Notes: a model not told the origin generated them from the sequence alone. 64,000 bases of DNA from an uncultured Candidatus Saccharibacteria bacterium (GCA_964563615.1 CAZLWF010000004.1:1800-65799), one strand, 5' to 3'. Positions 49,042 through 57,980 are shown, counted from the first letter of the stretch. Program-made: numbers and translations.

Positions 49042-49042
49042 A

Positions 49043-49360
49043 CTATCCGAGATTATAATATTTCTGCTCCATTTCTGTGAGATGTCTTTCAAGAAATGCT
49101 TTGTCTTGCGGACTGACAACATCCTTTCTATCAAATACAACTTTGCGTGTACTTTGTAGATTTTCCAATGCCTTCATTTTCCATTTTTCTTCAGTTTTGT
49201 TGCCGCGTAAATATTCTTCAAAGTGAGCTTTAAACGCACCAGTAAGAAATTCCATAGCCCATTTTGTATCCCAATCTTCTATTGGAAGAGCAGTTGCTTT
49301 TTCGCCTTCTTGGTGTTGCAATACTTCTGGGGCACTATGCCCTTCATTTTTTCCTAACAT
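49043..49360 (-). CDS. hypothetical protein
   Basis: 105 aa, tightly packed between fba and the oxidoreductase. No motif recognised. Confidence 0.45.
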   Translation of the reverse strand: MLGKNEGHSAPEVLQHQEGEKATALPIEDWDTKWAMEFLTGAFKAHFEEYLRGNKTEEKWKMKALENLQSTRKVVFDRKDVVSPQDKAFLERHLTEMEQKYYNLG

Positions 49361-49364
49361 ATAT

Positions 49365-50237
49365 TTACTGAATATTATTAAATATTTTTAATCGTGCCTC
49401 GACGACAGCCTCTACTGCTTCCACACCTGGTTTCAAGAATTTATACGGTGCGACCTCATCAGGACTATCAGTAAATGATTTCTTAAGTGCATCACGATAT
49501 GCGACGCGAATTTCTGTATTGATATGCACGATATCAATACCGTTTTTGATGCATGCAGTAAAGTCTTCATTCATCGTGCCTGATCCTCCGTGTAGTACGA
49601 GTGGGATACCTGTTGCATCCCTGATTGCTTTGACACGTTCTGGATGGAGCCTAGGATTGCCGCCTTTGACCATACCGTGAATGTTACCTATGGATGGGGC
49701 CAACATATCGATGCCAGTCGCATCAACAAAAGCTTTTGCATCTTCAGGTGTTGTCATAGTTGCCTCACTCACACCTTCGGGGACTTCATCGAGGATTTTT
49801 GATGACTTACCTATAAATCCTAGCTCAGCTTCAACTAAAATATCTCGATTGGTAACGAGTCCGATCTCTCGAGCATAGGCAACGCATTTTTTGGTGAGTT
49901 CGATATTTTCTGCGAGTGGCAGAGTTGCTGCATCAATAATCACCGCATCAAATCCTGCATCGATTGAGGCTTTGACACGTTCAAAACTGTAATGATGATC
50001 AGCATTTAGAAATATTGGGTAGTCGAATTCTTGACGAAACGCCTTCACGAGTGCTGCAGCCTGATCAATGCCAACAAAATCCTCTTCCCCTTCTGAAACA
50101 CCAATAATGACAGGCACGTTTAATTTCTTGGCAGCATTAAATATTCCCCACAATGCATCTAAACTTGAAATATTAAAGTGACCAATAGCGACACCTTTAG
50201 CGTCGGCGTCATGCACATATTCTCTAAGCGTTTTCAT
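49365..50237 (-). CDS. fba: class II fructose-bisphosphate aldolase
   Basis: GHFNISSLD, NADHH and LVLHGGSG motifs. Confidence 0.85.
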   Translation of the reverse strand: MKTLREYVHDADAKGVAIGHFNISSLDALWGIFNAAKKLNVPVIIGVSEGEEDFVGIDQAAALVKAFRQEFDYPIFLNADHHYSFERVKASIDAGFDAVIIDAATLPLAENIELTKKCVAYAREIGLVTNRDILVEAELGFIGKSSKILDEVPEGVSEATMTTPEDAKAFVDATGIDMLAPSIGNIHGMVKGGNPRLHPERVKAIRDATGIPLVLHGGSGTMNEDFTACIKNGIDIVHINTEIRVAYRDALKKSFTDSPDEVAPYKFLKPGVEAVEAVVEARLKIFNNIQ

Positions 50238-50243
50238 GGCAAA

Positions 50244-50266
50244 AGTATACCATGCTGTGCTAAAAT
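50244..50266. promoter_or_regulatory. back-to-back divergent extended -10 elements (fba TGgTATACT on minus; pfkB-like TGcTAAAAT on plus)
   Basis: The whole intergenic region is 35 nt. Each -10 lies 6 nt from its ATG (50237 and 50273). Confidence 0.55.
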
Positions 50267-50272
50267 GAGCAC

Positions 50273-51265
50273 ATGGAAAAACAATATGATTTTATCGCTA
50301 TTGGCGACATAGTAGCAGACGCATTTATACGACTCAAAGACGCACATGTGCATAGTAATCTTGATAAAGTAAAGCAGGAACTCTGCGTCAGATTTGGCGA
50401 TAAAGTGCCTTATGAATCAGTCGAGGTTATTTATGCTGTCGGTAACAGTGCCAATGCTGCCGTATCAGCCGCACGGTTAGGATTATCTTCAGCGTTGATA
50501 GCTACCGTTGGGAATGATGCAAATGGTAAAGCCTGCCTTGATTCTCTCGTAGCAGATGGAGTCGGTACTGAATACATGAAAGTAAATAGCGAATACCCAA
50601 CAAACTACCACTATGTGCTTTGGTACGATGTCGAACGCACTATCCTCGTCAAACATGCACCATTTCCTTATTCACTACCAGCAAACATGAAGGCACCAAA
50701 GTGGATATACCTTTCTTCTATGGGTGAACACTCTATCGACTACCACGCAGAAATCGCCACCTACATTGCATCTCATCCTGAAACCAAGCTTGCATTCCAA
50801 CCTGGTACGTTTCAGATAAAATTGGGAGTAGAAAAATTGAAAGATATATATCAAAGAACTGAAATATTTTTTTGTAACGTTGAGGAGGCACAATTAATTC
50901 TCGGTACAGAAGAAATCGACAAGAAGATCCTCATGGATATGCTCCATGCGCTCGGACCGAAAAATATTGTGATGACTGATGGTTTCGATGGTGCCTATGC
51001 GAGAGAAGAAGCAGGGGTGTACTGGTTTATGCCTATTTATCCGCATACACCTGTTGAGCGAACCGGTGCAGGTGACGCCTTCGAATCAACCATTGCTGCA
51101 TGCTTAGCTATGGGCAAGACACTCGAAGAAGCATTACTCTGGGCACCAATCAATGCCATGTCAGTGACGCAGCAAATCGGTGCACAAAAAGGACTACTAT
51201 CGAAAGAAAAGTTAGAAGAATACCTAGTACGAGCACCAGAGAACTATAAACCACAAAAAATATAA
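50273..51265 (+). CDS. PfkB-family carbohydrate kinase
   Basis: Ribokinase-like fold pattern and C-terminal TGAGDAF anion-hole motif. Confidence 0.8.
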   Translation: MEKQYDFIAIGDIVADAFIRLKDAHVHSNLDKVKQELCVRFGDKVPYESVEVIYAVGNSANAAVSAARLGLSSALIATVGNDANGKACLDSLVADGVGTEYMKVNSEYPTNYHYVLWYDVERTILVKHAPFPYSLPANMKAPKWIYLSSMGEHSIDYHAEIATYIASHPETKLAFQPGTFQIKLGVEKLKDIYQRTEIFFCNVEEAQLILGTEEIDKKILMDMLHALGPKNIVMTDGFDGAYAREEAGVYWFMPIYPHTPVERTGAGDAFESTIAACLAMGKTLEEALLWAPINAMSVTQQIGAQKGLLSKEKLEEYLVRAPENYKPQKI

Positions 51266-51266
51266 T

Positions 51267-51593
51267 ATGGAAAATATGAACGAGCTTCCCATGAACTGGG
51301 GCTCTGAAAATAAAATAAGAGAAATCAATCCCAACAAGAAATCTGATAGTGAAATATTTCAAGATTCAATTGATGCTATACACGAACGAATTAAGACAAG
51401 AGAAGATGAAATCACTACAATCACACAACAACTTAAAAATGATGCCCTAGATGCATCAGCAAGGACACAATTACTTAATCGCAAAACTGCTCTCGAGCAA
51501 ACTAATAATGGTACTGCTAAAGTAACGTTAAAATTAATGCAAGAAAAGCTAGAAGCTGCTTTAGGTAAACAAGCAAAAAAGAAAGCAAACTAA
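51267..51593 (+). CDS. hypothetical protein (predicted helical)
   Basis: 108 aa, starts 1 nt after the kinase stop. No motif recognised. Confidence 0.45.
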   Translation: MENMNELPMNWGSENKIREINPNKKSDSEIFQDSIDAIHERIKTREDEITTITQQLKNDALDASARTQLLNRKTALEQTNNGTAKVTLKLMQEKLEAALGKQAKKKAN

Positions 51594-51829
51594 AGCACTA
51601 GCTTCACTAACGCTAGAAATGCAATTAGTAACCAGACAATATTAAGCAATACTGGTTGATAATCTTTTTTCGACAATGCTTCGATGAGAACAAACAATGA
51701 TCCCATAAGATTTAATACTGGGTATATTGGATGTGCTGTAGTAAGAAAACCAAATGTTATTAAGAAATAAGCTGTAAGTATTAGAAGTACGCCAATCCAA
51801 CCAAGTAGTTGAGTAATAATATTTTTCAT
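51590..51829 (-). CDS. small membrane protein, hypothetical
   Basis: 79 aa, 2-3 TM segments, directly downstream of the transketolase C-half. Confidence 0.45.
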   Translation of the reverse strand: MKNIITQLLGWIGVLLILTAYFLITFGFLTTAHPIYPVLNLMGSLFVLIEALSKKDYQPVLLNIVWLLIAFLALVKLVL

Positions 51830-51830
51830 A

Positions 51831-52829
51831 TTAGTTTTCTTTCCTACCTAACACTTTCATCACAGCCGTAGCTATAGATTCTCTACTCATACCATAATGC
51901 TTGAGTAATTCTACAGGAGTTCCAGACTGACCAAATTTGTCTTGCACGCCTATGAACTCTATTGGCACAGGAAAATGTCCTGCGAGATATTCAGCAACCG
52001 CACTGCCCATACCACCTGCCACCTGATGTTCTTCAACTGTTACTATAGCTTTGGTTTCTTTTGCGAGAGCTAAAATTGCACTGGTATCGAGTGGCTTGAT
52101 CGTAGCTAGATTCACTACAACCACTTTCACACCTTTCTTCTCAAGATCTCGAGCCGCCATGAGAGCTTTGTGTACAAGTGCGCCCGTAGCAATGATACCA
52201 ACATGCGCAATACCATCTGGTCGATAAAATATTTGAGCTTTGCCTATTTCAAAAGAAGTCTCAGAACTGGTCATAACAGGTGTTTTTTCTCGAGCTAAAC
52301 GAATGTATGCAGGCTTGCCAAGAGATGCGAGCGCAAGTGTTGCCTTCTTGGCTTCGATACTATCGCACGGTGAAATCACCATCATATTAGGAAGTATCCG
52401 CATGAGCGCCATGTCTTCGATCGCTTGATGCGTCCCCCCATCGGGTCCTACTGATATGCCTGCATGGGAGCCAACGATGATGACAGGACGATCGTTGTAC
52501 GCTATGGTTGTCCTGATTTGCTCCCAATTGCGACCTGGTGAAAACATGGCGTAGCTAGAACAAAAAGGAATTTTGCCTACTGCTGCAAGTCCTGAGGCAA
52601 CAGTTACTAAGTTTTGCTCCGCAACACCGATTTCAATGAAACGCTCTGGGAATTTCTCAGCAAAGAGATTCATTTTGGTTGATTCGGTCAAATCCGCGCA
52701 TAGTGCTATGACATTTTTGTCGGCTTCGCCAGCTTGCGCAAGTCCCTCGCCAAATCCTTGACGAATAGGAAGTTGCTCAACATCATCGTTCCAAAGTTTC
52801 TGATTTAGTTTTGCGCTTTGATTAAGCAT
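51831..52829 (-). CDS. transketolase, C-terminal (pyrimidine-binding + C-terminal) subunit
   Basis: FIEIGVAEQN, GPDGGTHQAIEDMA and C-terminal domain motifs. Confidence 0.9.
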   Translation of the reverse strand: MLNQSAKLNQKLWNDDVEQLPIRQGFGEGLAQAGEADKNVIALCADLTESTKMNLFAEKFPERFIEIGVAEQNLVTVASGLAAVGKIPFCSSYAMFSPGRNWEQIRTTIAYNDRPVIIVGSHAGISVGPDGGTHQAIEDMALMRILPNMMVISPCDSIEAKKATLALASLGKPAYIRLAREKTPVMTSSETSFEIGKAQIFYRPDGIAHVGIIATGALVHKALMAARDLEKKGVKVVVVNLATIKPLDTSAILALAKETKAIVTVEEHQVAGGMGSAVAEYLAGHFPVPIEFIGVQDKFGQSGTPVELLKHYGMSRESIATAVMKVLGRKEN

Positions 52830-53187
52830 GTTTTCTTCTATAATCTTGTTTTATTTTTAAATACTGAGATCTTCCTTTTTTGATTTCATATACTGGATAT
52901 TTCTTTTCGACATGTTTTAATTTCTCTTCAATAAGTTTATCTGCATCTAGATCTAATGTAATGGCCATACCTAATGCATAAATTAAAACATCAGCTAATT
53001 CACCCTTAATCTTGGATACCAGTTCATGGTTCGCTAAAACCTGCTTACGCTTCGGATTATTCCATTGAAACAACTCCATAAGTTCTGCACCCTCAATAAT
53101 TATTGACTTCGAAATATCAATGGGTTCGTTTTTGTCCCATTTTCTTGCTTTTAAATATTTCTCCACTTTTTTCTGGGTATTCTTCAT
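52822..53187 (-). CDS. MazG-like nucleotide pyrophosphohydrolase
   Basis: EGAELMELFQW and ELADVLIYALGMA helices typical of small all-alpha NTP-PPases. Overlaps both neighbours. Confidence 0.7.
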   Translation of the reverse strand: MKNTQKKVEKYLKARKWDKNEPIDISKSIIIEGAELMELFQWNNPKRKQVLANHELVSKIKGELADVLIYALGMAITLDLDADKLIEEKLKHVEKKYPVYEIKKGRSQYLKIKQDYRRKHA

Positions 53188-53456
53188 TGTTTGTAAATTA
53201 TTTGAAATGAATCTTTATACGTAATGCCTTGGATAAATATACCTGCAATAATTCCAATCACAAGGAGAGATGGATAATGAATTCCTACAAGCAAAATAAG
53301 TAGGGGCAGAGACCACATCCAATGATGTATATGAATTATGTTGCCTTTATACAGAAAAACTGTACTTTTTAGCAATTGTCGTCTACCTTTTGTTTTTCTT
53401 CCTGCAATAACTTCTGAGCTCAAAAATCCAATTATAAATCCGATAAATATATTCAT
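53184..53456 (-). CDS. small membrane protein, hypothetical
   Basis: Start moved to ATG 53456 (MNIFIGF), 1 nt after the transketolase N-half stop. 3 TM segments and a His-rich loop IHIHHW. Confidence 0.45.
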   Translation of the reverse strand: MNIFIGFIIGFLSSEVIAGRKTKGRRQLLKSTVFLYKGNIIHIHHWMWSLPLLILLVGIHYPSLLVIGIIAGIFIQGITYKDSFQIIYKQ

Positions 53457-53457
53457 G

Positions 53458-54324
53458 CTATTGATGTTCACTTTTAATCTTTCCTCCAAGTGTCCTTAGC
53501 TCCTTGAGTGCCATTTTGGCTTCATCTTTATTTGGCGCTTTGCCGTGCCAGTGATAATCACGTTCAAATTCTTTGACACCTTTGCCTGGTATTGTCCTAG
53601 CTATGATAACTGATGGCTTTTCAAAAACAGCTTTGGCACGATTAACAGCTCCGACAATATCTTCGAAGTTGTGGCCATCGATTTCTTGGACATGCCAGTT
53701 AAATGCTTCCCATTTAGCACTCAGTGAATCAAGCGGCATAATATTTTCTGTAAACCCATCAATCTGAATATTGTTTCGATCAACGAAAACGATCAGATTC
53801 CTAAGCTTTTCTTTACCAGCAAGCATGATCGCTTCCCAATTGTTGCCTTCATCGAGTTCCCCATCACCCGTAAGGCAATATATATATTGATCTGCGCTAT
53901 TACCATGATCCATACGGAGTCCTAATGCCATACCCGCGGCCTGAGAGAGTCCTGAGCCAAGTGGACCAGAACTGTTTTCAAGCATAGGTAAATATTCACG
54001 GTGTGGATGTCCTTGCAGTCGGGTGCCAAATTTGCGAAGCGTTGCAAGTTCAGATACATCGAAGTAGCCTGCATGCGCCATTGTTGCATAGAGTACCGGA
54101 CAGATGTGGCCATTGGATAAGACGACTCGATCACGCTCTTCCCAATCTAGTTTTTTGGGATCGTGTTTTAGTATTTCAAAATAAAGTGCTGTAAAAATAT
54201 CTGTCATACCAAGTGGTCCCGCAGTGTGACCTGAACCAGCTTCGAGTAACATCGCGATAATACTTTCACGGATATTGTTAGCGGTGATTGCGAGTTCTTC
54301 TTTTTTGGTATCAGATAAAAACAT
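53458..54324 (-). CDS. transketolase, N-terminal (thiamine-diphosphate-binding) subunit
   Basis: GHTAGPLGMTDIF and GDGELDEGNNWEA motifs. Confidence 0.9.
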   Translation of the reverse strand: MFLSDTKKEELAITANNIRESIIAMLLEAGSGHTAGPLGMTDIFTALYFEILKHDPKKLDWEERDRVVLSNGHICPVLYATMAHAGYFDVSELATLRKFGTRLQGHPHREYLPMLENSSGPLGSGLSQAAGMALGLRMDHGNSADQYIYCLTGDGELDEGNNWEAIMLAGKEKLRNLIVFVDRNNIQIDGFTENIMPLDSLSAKWEAFNWHVQEIDGHNFEDIVGAVNRAKAVFEKPSVIIARTIPGKGVKEFERDYHWHGKAPNKDEAKMALKELRTLGGKIKSEHQ

Positions 54325-54330
54325 ATAAAA

Positions 54331-54339
54331 AGTATACCA
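54331..54339 (-). promoter_or_regulatory. extended -10 element TGgTATACT for the transketolase cluster
   Basis: Read on the minus strand. 6 nt upstream of ATG 54324, immediately after the helicase stop. Confidence 0.5.
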
Positions 54340-56070
54340 CTATTTATGCTTGTGTAGAATTCGTGCGATTTTAAGTTCGTTGTATGAATACTTGCCACCA
54401 AATTTTTCATACACGGGTGTTAGTTTATCTGTATCTAATCCTTTAAATGCCTTATGAATCTCTGGCATATGCTGTATAAGCGTTGGAGTGAGCAATCTTG
54501 AGAAATCAGAAGATACGATTAAGTCTTTTGTAATTAATTTTTCAATATGATCAAAAATAGTTTGCTGGGTTAACCCACGCGCTTTGGCGATCTCTGGTAT
54601 TGTTTTATCTTGTTGCCAGAGTGTTAAAGTTTCTAAGAGTGTATCTTGCTTTTTGTTTTTGATTTTTGTAACAGTTTTCGTATCGAGCGTTCCTCCTGAG
54701 GCTTTGATAAAGTTTGTATGCAATACAGCGATTTTCTCTTGCGACATTTGCTCAAAAGCTTCATTTGCTGCTTCTGCTTTTTCACGAAATTCTGTATCTT
54801 TTACTAGTATGTCGGGATGTACTTTGAACGCATGTTCATTGATACCAAGTAAATAGAGACCTGACAGATTCCTAAGCCGTGACAGTGCAACATAACCTTG
54901 ACCAAACTCAAATACTTGCGACAGATCAATAATAGCTGCATCGAGACTCATGCCTTGGCTCTTGTGTACTGTCATTGCCCATGCAAGACGTAGCGGGATC
55001 TGTGTAATGCTTGCTTTTATTTTGCCATTTTCTTCGACTGCCCATTCCATTGGTTCTACAGTGATTCGTTTTCCATTCCTCAGTTTTATGATCGGATACT
55101 TTGTCCCTGGTTGAAATGCCTCTACGACTCCAAGCGTTCCATTGACGAAACCTTCTTGAGGATTGTTCTTAGTAAATATAATAGTTGCACCAATCTTGAG
55201 TTCTAATACTTCTGGAGACAAGCAACCTTTTTTTAATATACTCACCAATATATCATTACCATGTGACGTCATCACATATCGCTCACTTTTTGCATCAAGC
55301 TTTGCGAGAGCTTCATTGTTCATGATATCCACTTGCGCATTATGTGAGTAAAGCTTCGTCGTATGTTCAGGCACATTATCACTGGTTACCTGCCGAGACA
55401 TAATATGGTCATAGTGCACTTCGGACACACTATCAGTTCGTATTGCATTCAAAAGTTCTAAAAATGCCATATCGTCTTGGCGATGCTGCTCGTCCAGATA
55501 GCACACTATAGGTTTTGCACTTCGCCACGCATCGGATACATATGCGAAACCTATCTGTGTCGTCTCATCATTTTCATAGGTACCATCAGCGAGGAGCATT
55601 TGCTGCTTACGCCTATCAATTTTTTCAGGAGCTGTTATCGGCGGCAACTGGAAAAAATCACCAACAAAGATAACTTGTATACCTCCAAACGGCATATCGT
55701 TTCGCTTGATAGTCCGGCAAACTGCATCAATCATAGAGACCATGTTTGCATGAAGCATCGATACTTCATCAATAATAAGGACATTGGTTATATTTATTCT
55801 CTTTGTGACATATTCACTACTTGCGATTTTATCTAAATCATATTCACTCAGGTAAGTTCGAATACCAATACCACTCCATGAATGTATTGTCATGCCGTTA
55901 ATGTGCGTTGCGGCTATGCCAGTCGACGCAGTAATCGCAGGCTCTATGCCATGTTCACGTAAATACCGTATGTATGCTCTCGTCGTATGTGTTTTACCGG
56001 AGCCAGGCTCCCCGGTTAAAAATACATTGGCTCCAGTTTTTAAAATAGTTAACGCTTGCTCTTGGGTCAT
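54340..56070 (-). CDS. PIF1/RecD-like SF1 helicase with C-terminal HTH domain
   Basis: Walker A GEPGSGKTH, Walker B IIDEVSM and a UvrD_C_2-like TVHKSQG. C-terminal IAKARGLTQQTIFDHIEKL. Confidence 0.85.
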   Translation of the reverse strand: MTQEQALTILKTGANVFLTGEPGSGKTHTTRAYIRYLREHGIEPAITASTGIAATHINGMTIHSWSGIGIRTYLSEYDLDKIASSEYVTKRINITNVLIIDEVSMLHANMVSMIDAVCRTIKRNDMPFGGIQVIFVGDFFQLPPITAPEKIDRRKQQMLLADGTYENDETTQIGFAYVSDAWRSAKPIVCYLDEQHRQDDMAFLELLNAIRTDSVSEVHYDHIMSRQVTSDNVPEHTTKLYSHNAQVDIMNNEALAKLDAKSERYVMTSHGNDILVSILKKGCLSPEVLELKIGATIIFTKNNPQEGFVNGTLGVVEAFQPGTKYPIIKLRNGKRITVEPMEWAVEENGKIKASITQIPLRLAWAMTVHKSQGMSLDAAIIDLSQVFEFGQGYVALSRLRNLSGLYLLGINEHAFKVHPDILVKDTEFREKAEAANEAFEQMSQEKIAVLHTNFIKASGGTLDTKTVTKIKNKKQDTLLETLTLWQQDKTIPEIAKARGLTQQTIFDHIEKLITKDLIVSSDFSRLLTPTLIQHMPEIHKAFKGLDTDKLTPVYEKFGGKYSYNELKIARILHKHK

Positions 56071-56077
56071 AGATTAA

Positions 56078-56083
56078 ATTATA
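56078..56083 (-). promoter_or_regulatory. -10 box TATAAT for the helicase gene
   Basis: Read on the minus strand. 7 nt upstream of ATG 56070. Confidence 0.45.
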
Positions 56084-56090
56084 CATCCTA

Positions 56091-56167
56091 AAAAATAAGA
56101 GCGTGAATTTTGTTTCGTGTCGGAGCCCTTTAGGGTAAAGCGAAACAAAATTCACGCTCTTATTTTT
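56091..56167. terminator. 27-bp perfect inverted repeat (rpe terminator or other structured element)
   Basis: Arms 56091-56117 and 56141-56167 are exactly complementary. The 23-nt loop contains a CCCT/AGGG sub-hairpin. T-run on the minus strand after the stem. Confidence 0.7.
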
Positions 56168-56170
56168 ATA

Positions 56171-56863
56171 CTAGAGTTCTTGCAACTCTTGAATCGTTTC
56201 TTTAATATCAATACTTTTCCAAATTGCAGATCCTACCACCAATCGATTGGCCCCCGCTTTAACAAGTATTGGCGCAGTATCGAGACTAACCGCTCCATCA
56301 ACACTGATAGTCAAATCATTATATTTTTCTCGAAGTGTACGAATATGTCCGAGAACTCGATCATCAAAGGCTTCACCTTGAAAACCATCATGTTCGATCC
56401 CCATGCATTGCACGAAATCAATATGCGGCGTCAGTGGGAAAATTTTCTCTATAGGTGTTCGCGTATCGATTGAGACACCGATTTCGATATTATCACGTGT
56501 GTATATATCGATACCTTCGAGTACATCACGAAATGCATTCTCTGTATTGTCTTCAGCTTCGAGGTGGAACACTAATCGCTTTGCTCCAAGTGCAGTAAAT
56601 GCTGGGATCTGGGTACTTGCACCAGCAACCATAAGATCAAATTCAAAATCAAACTGATCCCAATATGGCAACCCTTCTTCTTCCACTATGATGCGTTCGT
56701 AGTAGGCCTCGTCTTCTCCGTTGTATGGCCACGACATGGATTTCACAAATTTGCCATCCATGAGATCAATTTGCACAGAATCAACTAATCCTAAAACAAG
56801 CGCAAGCTTCTCACGAATATCATTGATATTTGTTGGCATTATTGCCGGAATAATTTCAGTCAT
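56171..56863 (-). CDS. rpe: ribulose-phosphate 3-epimerase-like TIM-barrel protein
   Basis: IDLMDGKFV and VDGAVSLDTAPILVKAGANRLVVGSAIW resemble Rpe motifs. More divergent than usual. Confidence 0.65.
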   Translation of the reverse strand: MTEIIPAIMPTNINDIREKLALVLGLVDSVQIDLMDGKFVKSMSWPYNGEDEAYYERIIVEEEGLPYWDQFDFEFDLMVAGASTQIPAFTALGAKRLVFHLEAEDNTENAFRDVLEGIDIYTRDNIEIGVSIDTRTPIEKIFPLTPHIDFVQCMGIEHDGFQGEAFDDRVLGHIRTLREKYNDLTISVDGAVSLDTAPILVKAGANRLVVGSAIWKSIDIKETIQELQEL

Positions 56864-56887
56864 ACTATTTAAGTTTTAGAAAATAGA

Positions 56888-57328
56888 TTATAAATCAATC
56901 TTGGCTATTCTTCTCACATGACGTTCATCCCCAGTAAATGGTGTTTCCAGAAATAACTTGACTGCATGCAAGGCTTCTTCTTCCAAAACCATTCGGGCAC
57001 CGAGCGAGAGCACGTTCGCATCATTGTGTTCTCGTGAGAGCTTAATGATATCGAGTGCTCCACCATAGTAAATACTAGCTCGAATACCATGGGTTCGATT
57101 TGCAACAATTGCTTCTCCAATCCCTGATCCACCAATGACAATACCTTTTGATTCTGGATCAGCGACAACAGCTTCAGCAACCGGTCGACAGAAATCTGGA
57201 TAATCATCTGTTTCATCCAGGTTAAAAGCACCCTTATCTTCAAATGAATATCCTGACTCATGCAGATGAGCCTTGAGCTTCTCTTTTAATTCAAACCCTG
57301 CATGATCAGCGCCAATGTAAATTTTCAT
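56888..57328 (-). CDS. rpiB: ribose-5-phosphate isomerase B
   Basis: MKIYIGADHAGFELKEKL N-terminus and GIVIGGSGIGEAI motif. Confidence 0.88.
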   Translation of the reverse strand: MKIYIGADHAGFELKEKLKAHLHESGYSFEDKGAFNLDETDDYPDFCRPVAEAVVADPESKGIVIGGSGIGEAIVANRTHGIRASIYYGGALDIIKLSREHNDANVLSLGARMVLEEEALHAVKLFLETPFTGDERHVRRIAKIDL

Positions 57329-57329
57329 A

Positions 57330-57941
57330 TTAAGATTGTTCTAAAATTATTTTCTTACTAAATCCGCCTCGTTCCTCAAATTTCTTCTGCTTTACTTGAT
57401 CAATATCAAAACTTGAAAACTCTTTATAGATCGTAATCGCATTGATAATCTCGAGCATGTCAGCGAGCTCATCTATACTTTTTGATGTATTAAATTCCTC
57501 TACTTCTTCTTTTAGCTTTTCAAAAAGTTTAACCTCGTACTCTAGTTCATCTGCAATATGTATTTTGTATGGCACATGCTTACTATCCAAATATTCTGGA
57601 ATACCATCTCGTACGAGTTTATTATACACTTTCTTCACCTTGTATTTATCTTCGCTATTTGCGATCGATGATCCGGGGAGTTCTATAGTATTTATTTTGG
57701 GTAAAAATCTTAGTCTCGGTATTTGGATTTTAGGAAATAAAAGCGAAACAAAATAGCCTAACAAGTAGGCATTTACAATAAGCAAAATAGTATTGAGGGC
57801 ATATCTTGTGTCAAATTTAACAAAATAGTCTTCTATCCTTGATTCTCCTTCACCTAATATAACGGCCAAAACTACCAAAGCAATGATGAAAATACTGAGT
57901 GCAAAGATAAGATGTCGGTTTGTCGGATGAATTAAATCCAT
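57330..57941 (-). CDS. membrane-anchored MazG/PRA-PH-like nucleoside triphosphate pyrophosphohydrolase
   Basis: N-terminal 2-3 TM segments. C-terminal YNKLVRDGIPEYL...EEVEEF...ELADMLEII pattern of house-cleaning NTP-PPases. Confidence 0.55.
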   Translation of the reverse strand: MDLIHPTNRHLIFALSIFIIALVVLAVILGEGESRIEDYFVKFDTRYALNTILLIVNAYLLGYFVSLLFPKIQIPRLRFLPKINTIELPGSSIANSEDKYKVKKVYNKLVRDGIPEYLDSKHVPYKIHIADELEYEVKLFEKLKEEVEEFNTSKSIDELADMLEIINAITIYKEFSSFDIDQVKQKKFEERGGFSKKIILEQS

Positions 57942-57980
57942 GTATTTGACAGTTTAGCAAAATGAGTTCTATATAGCAAT

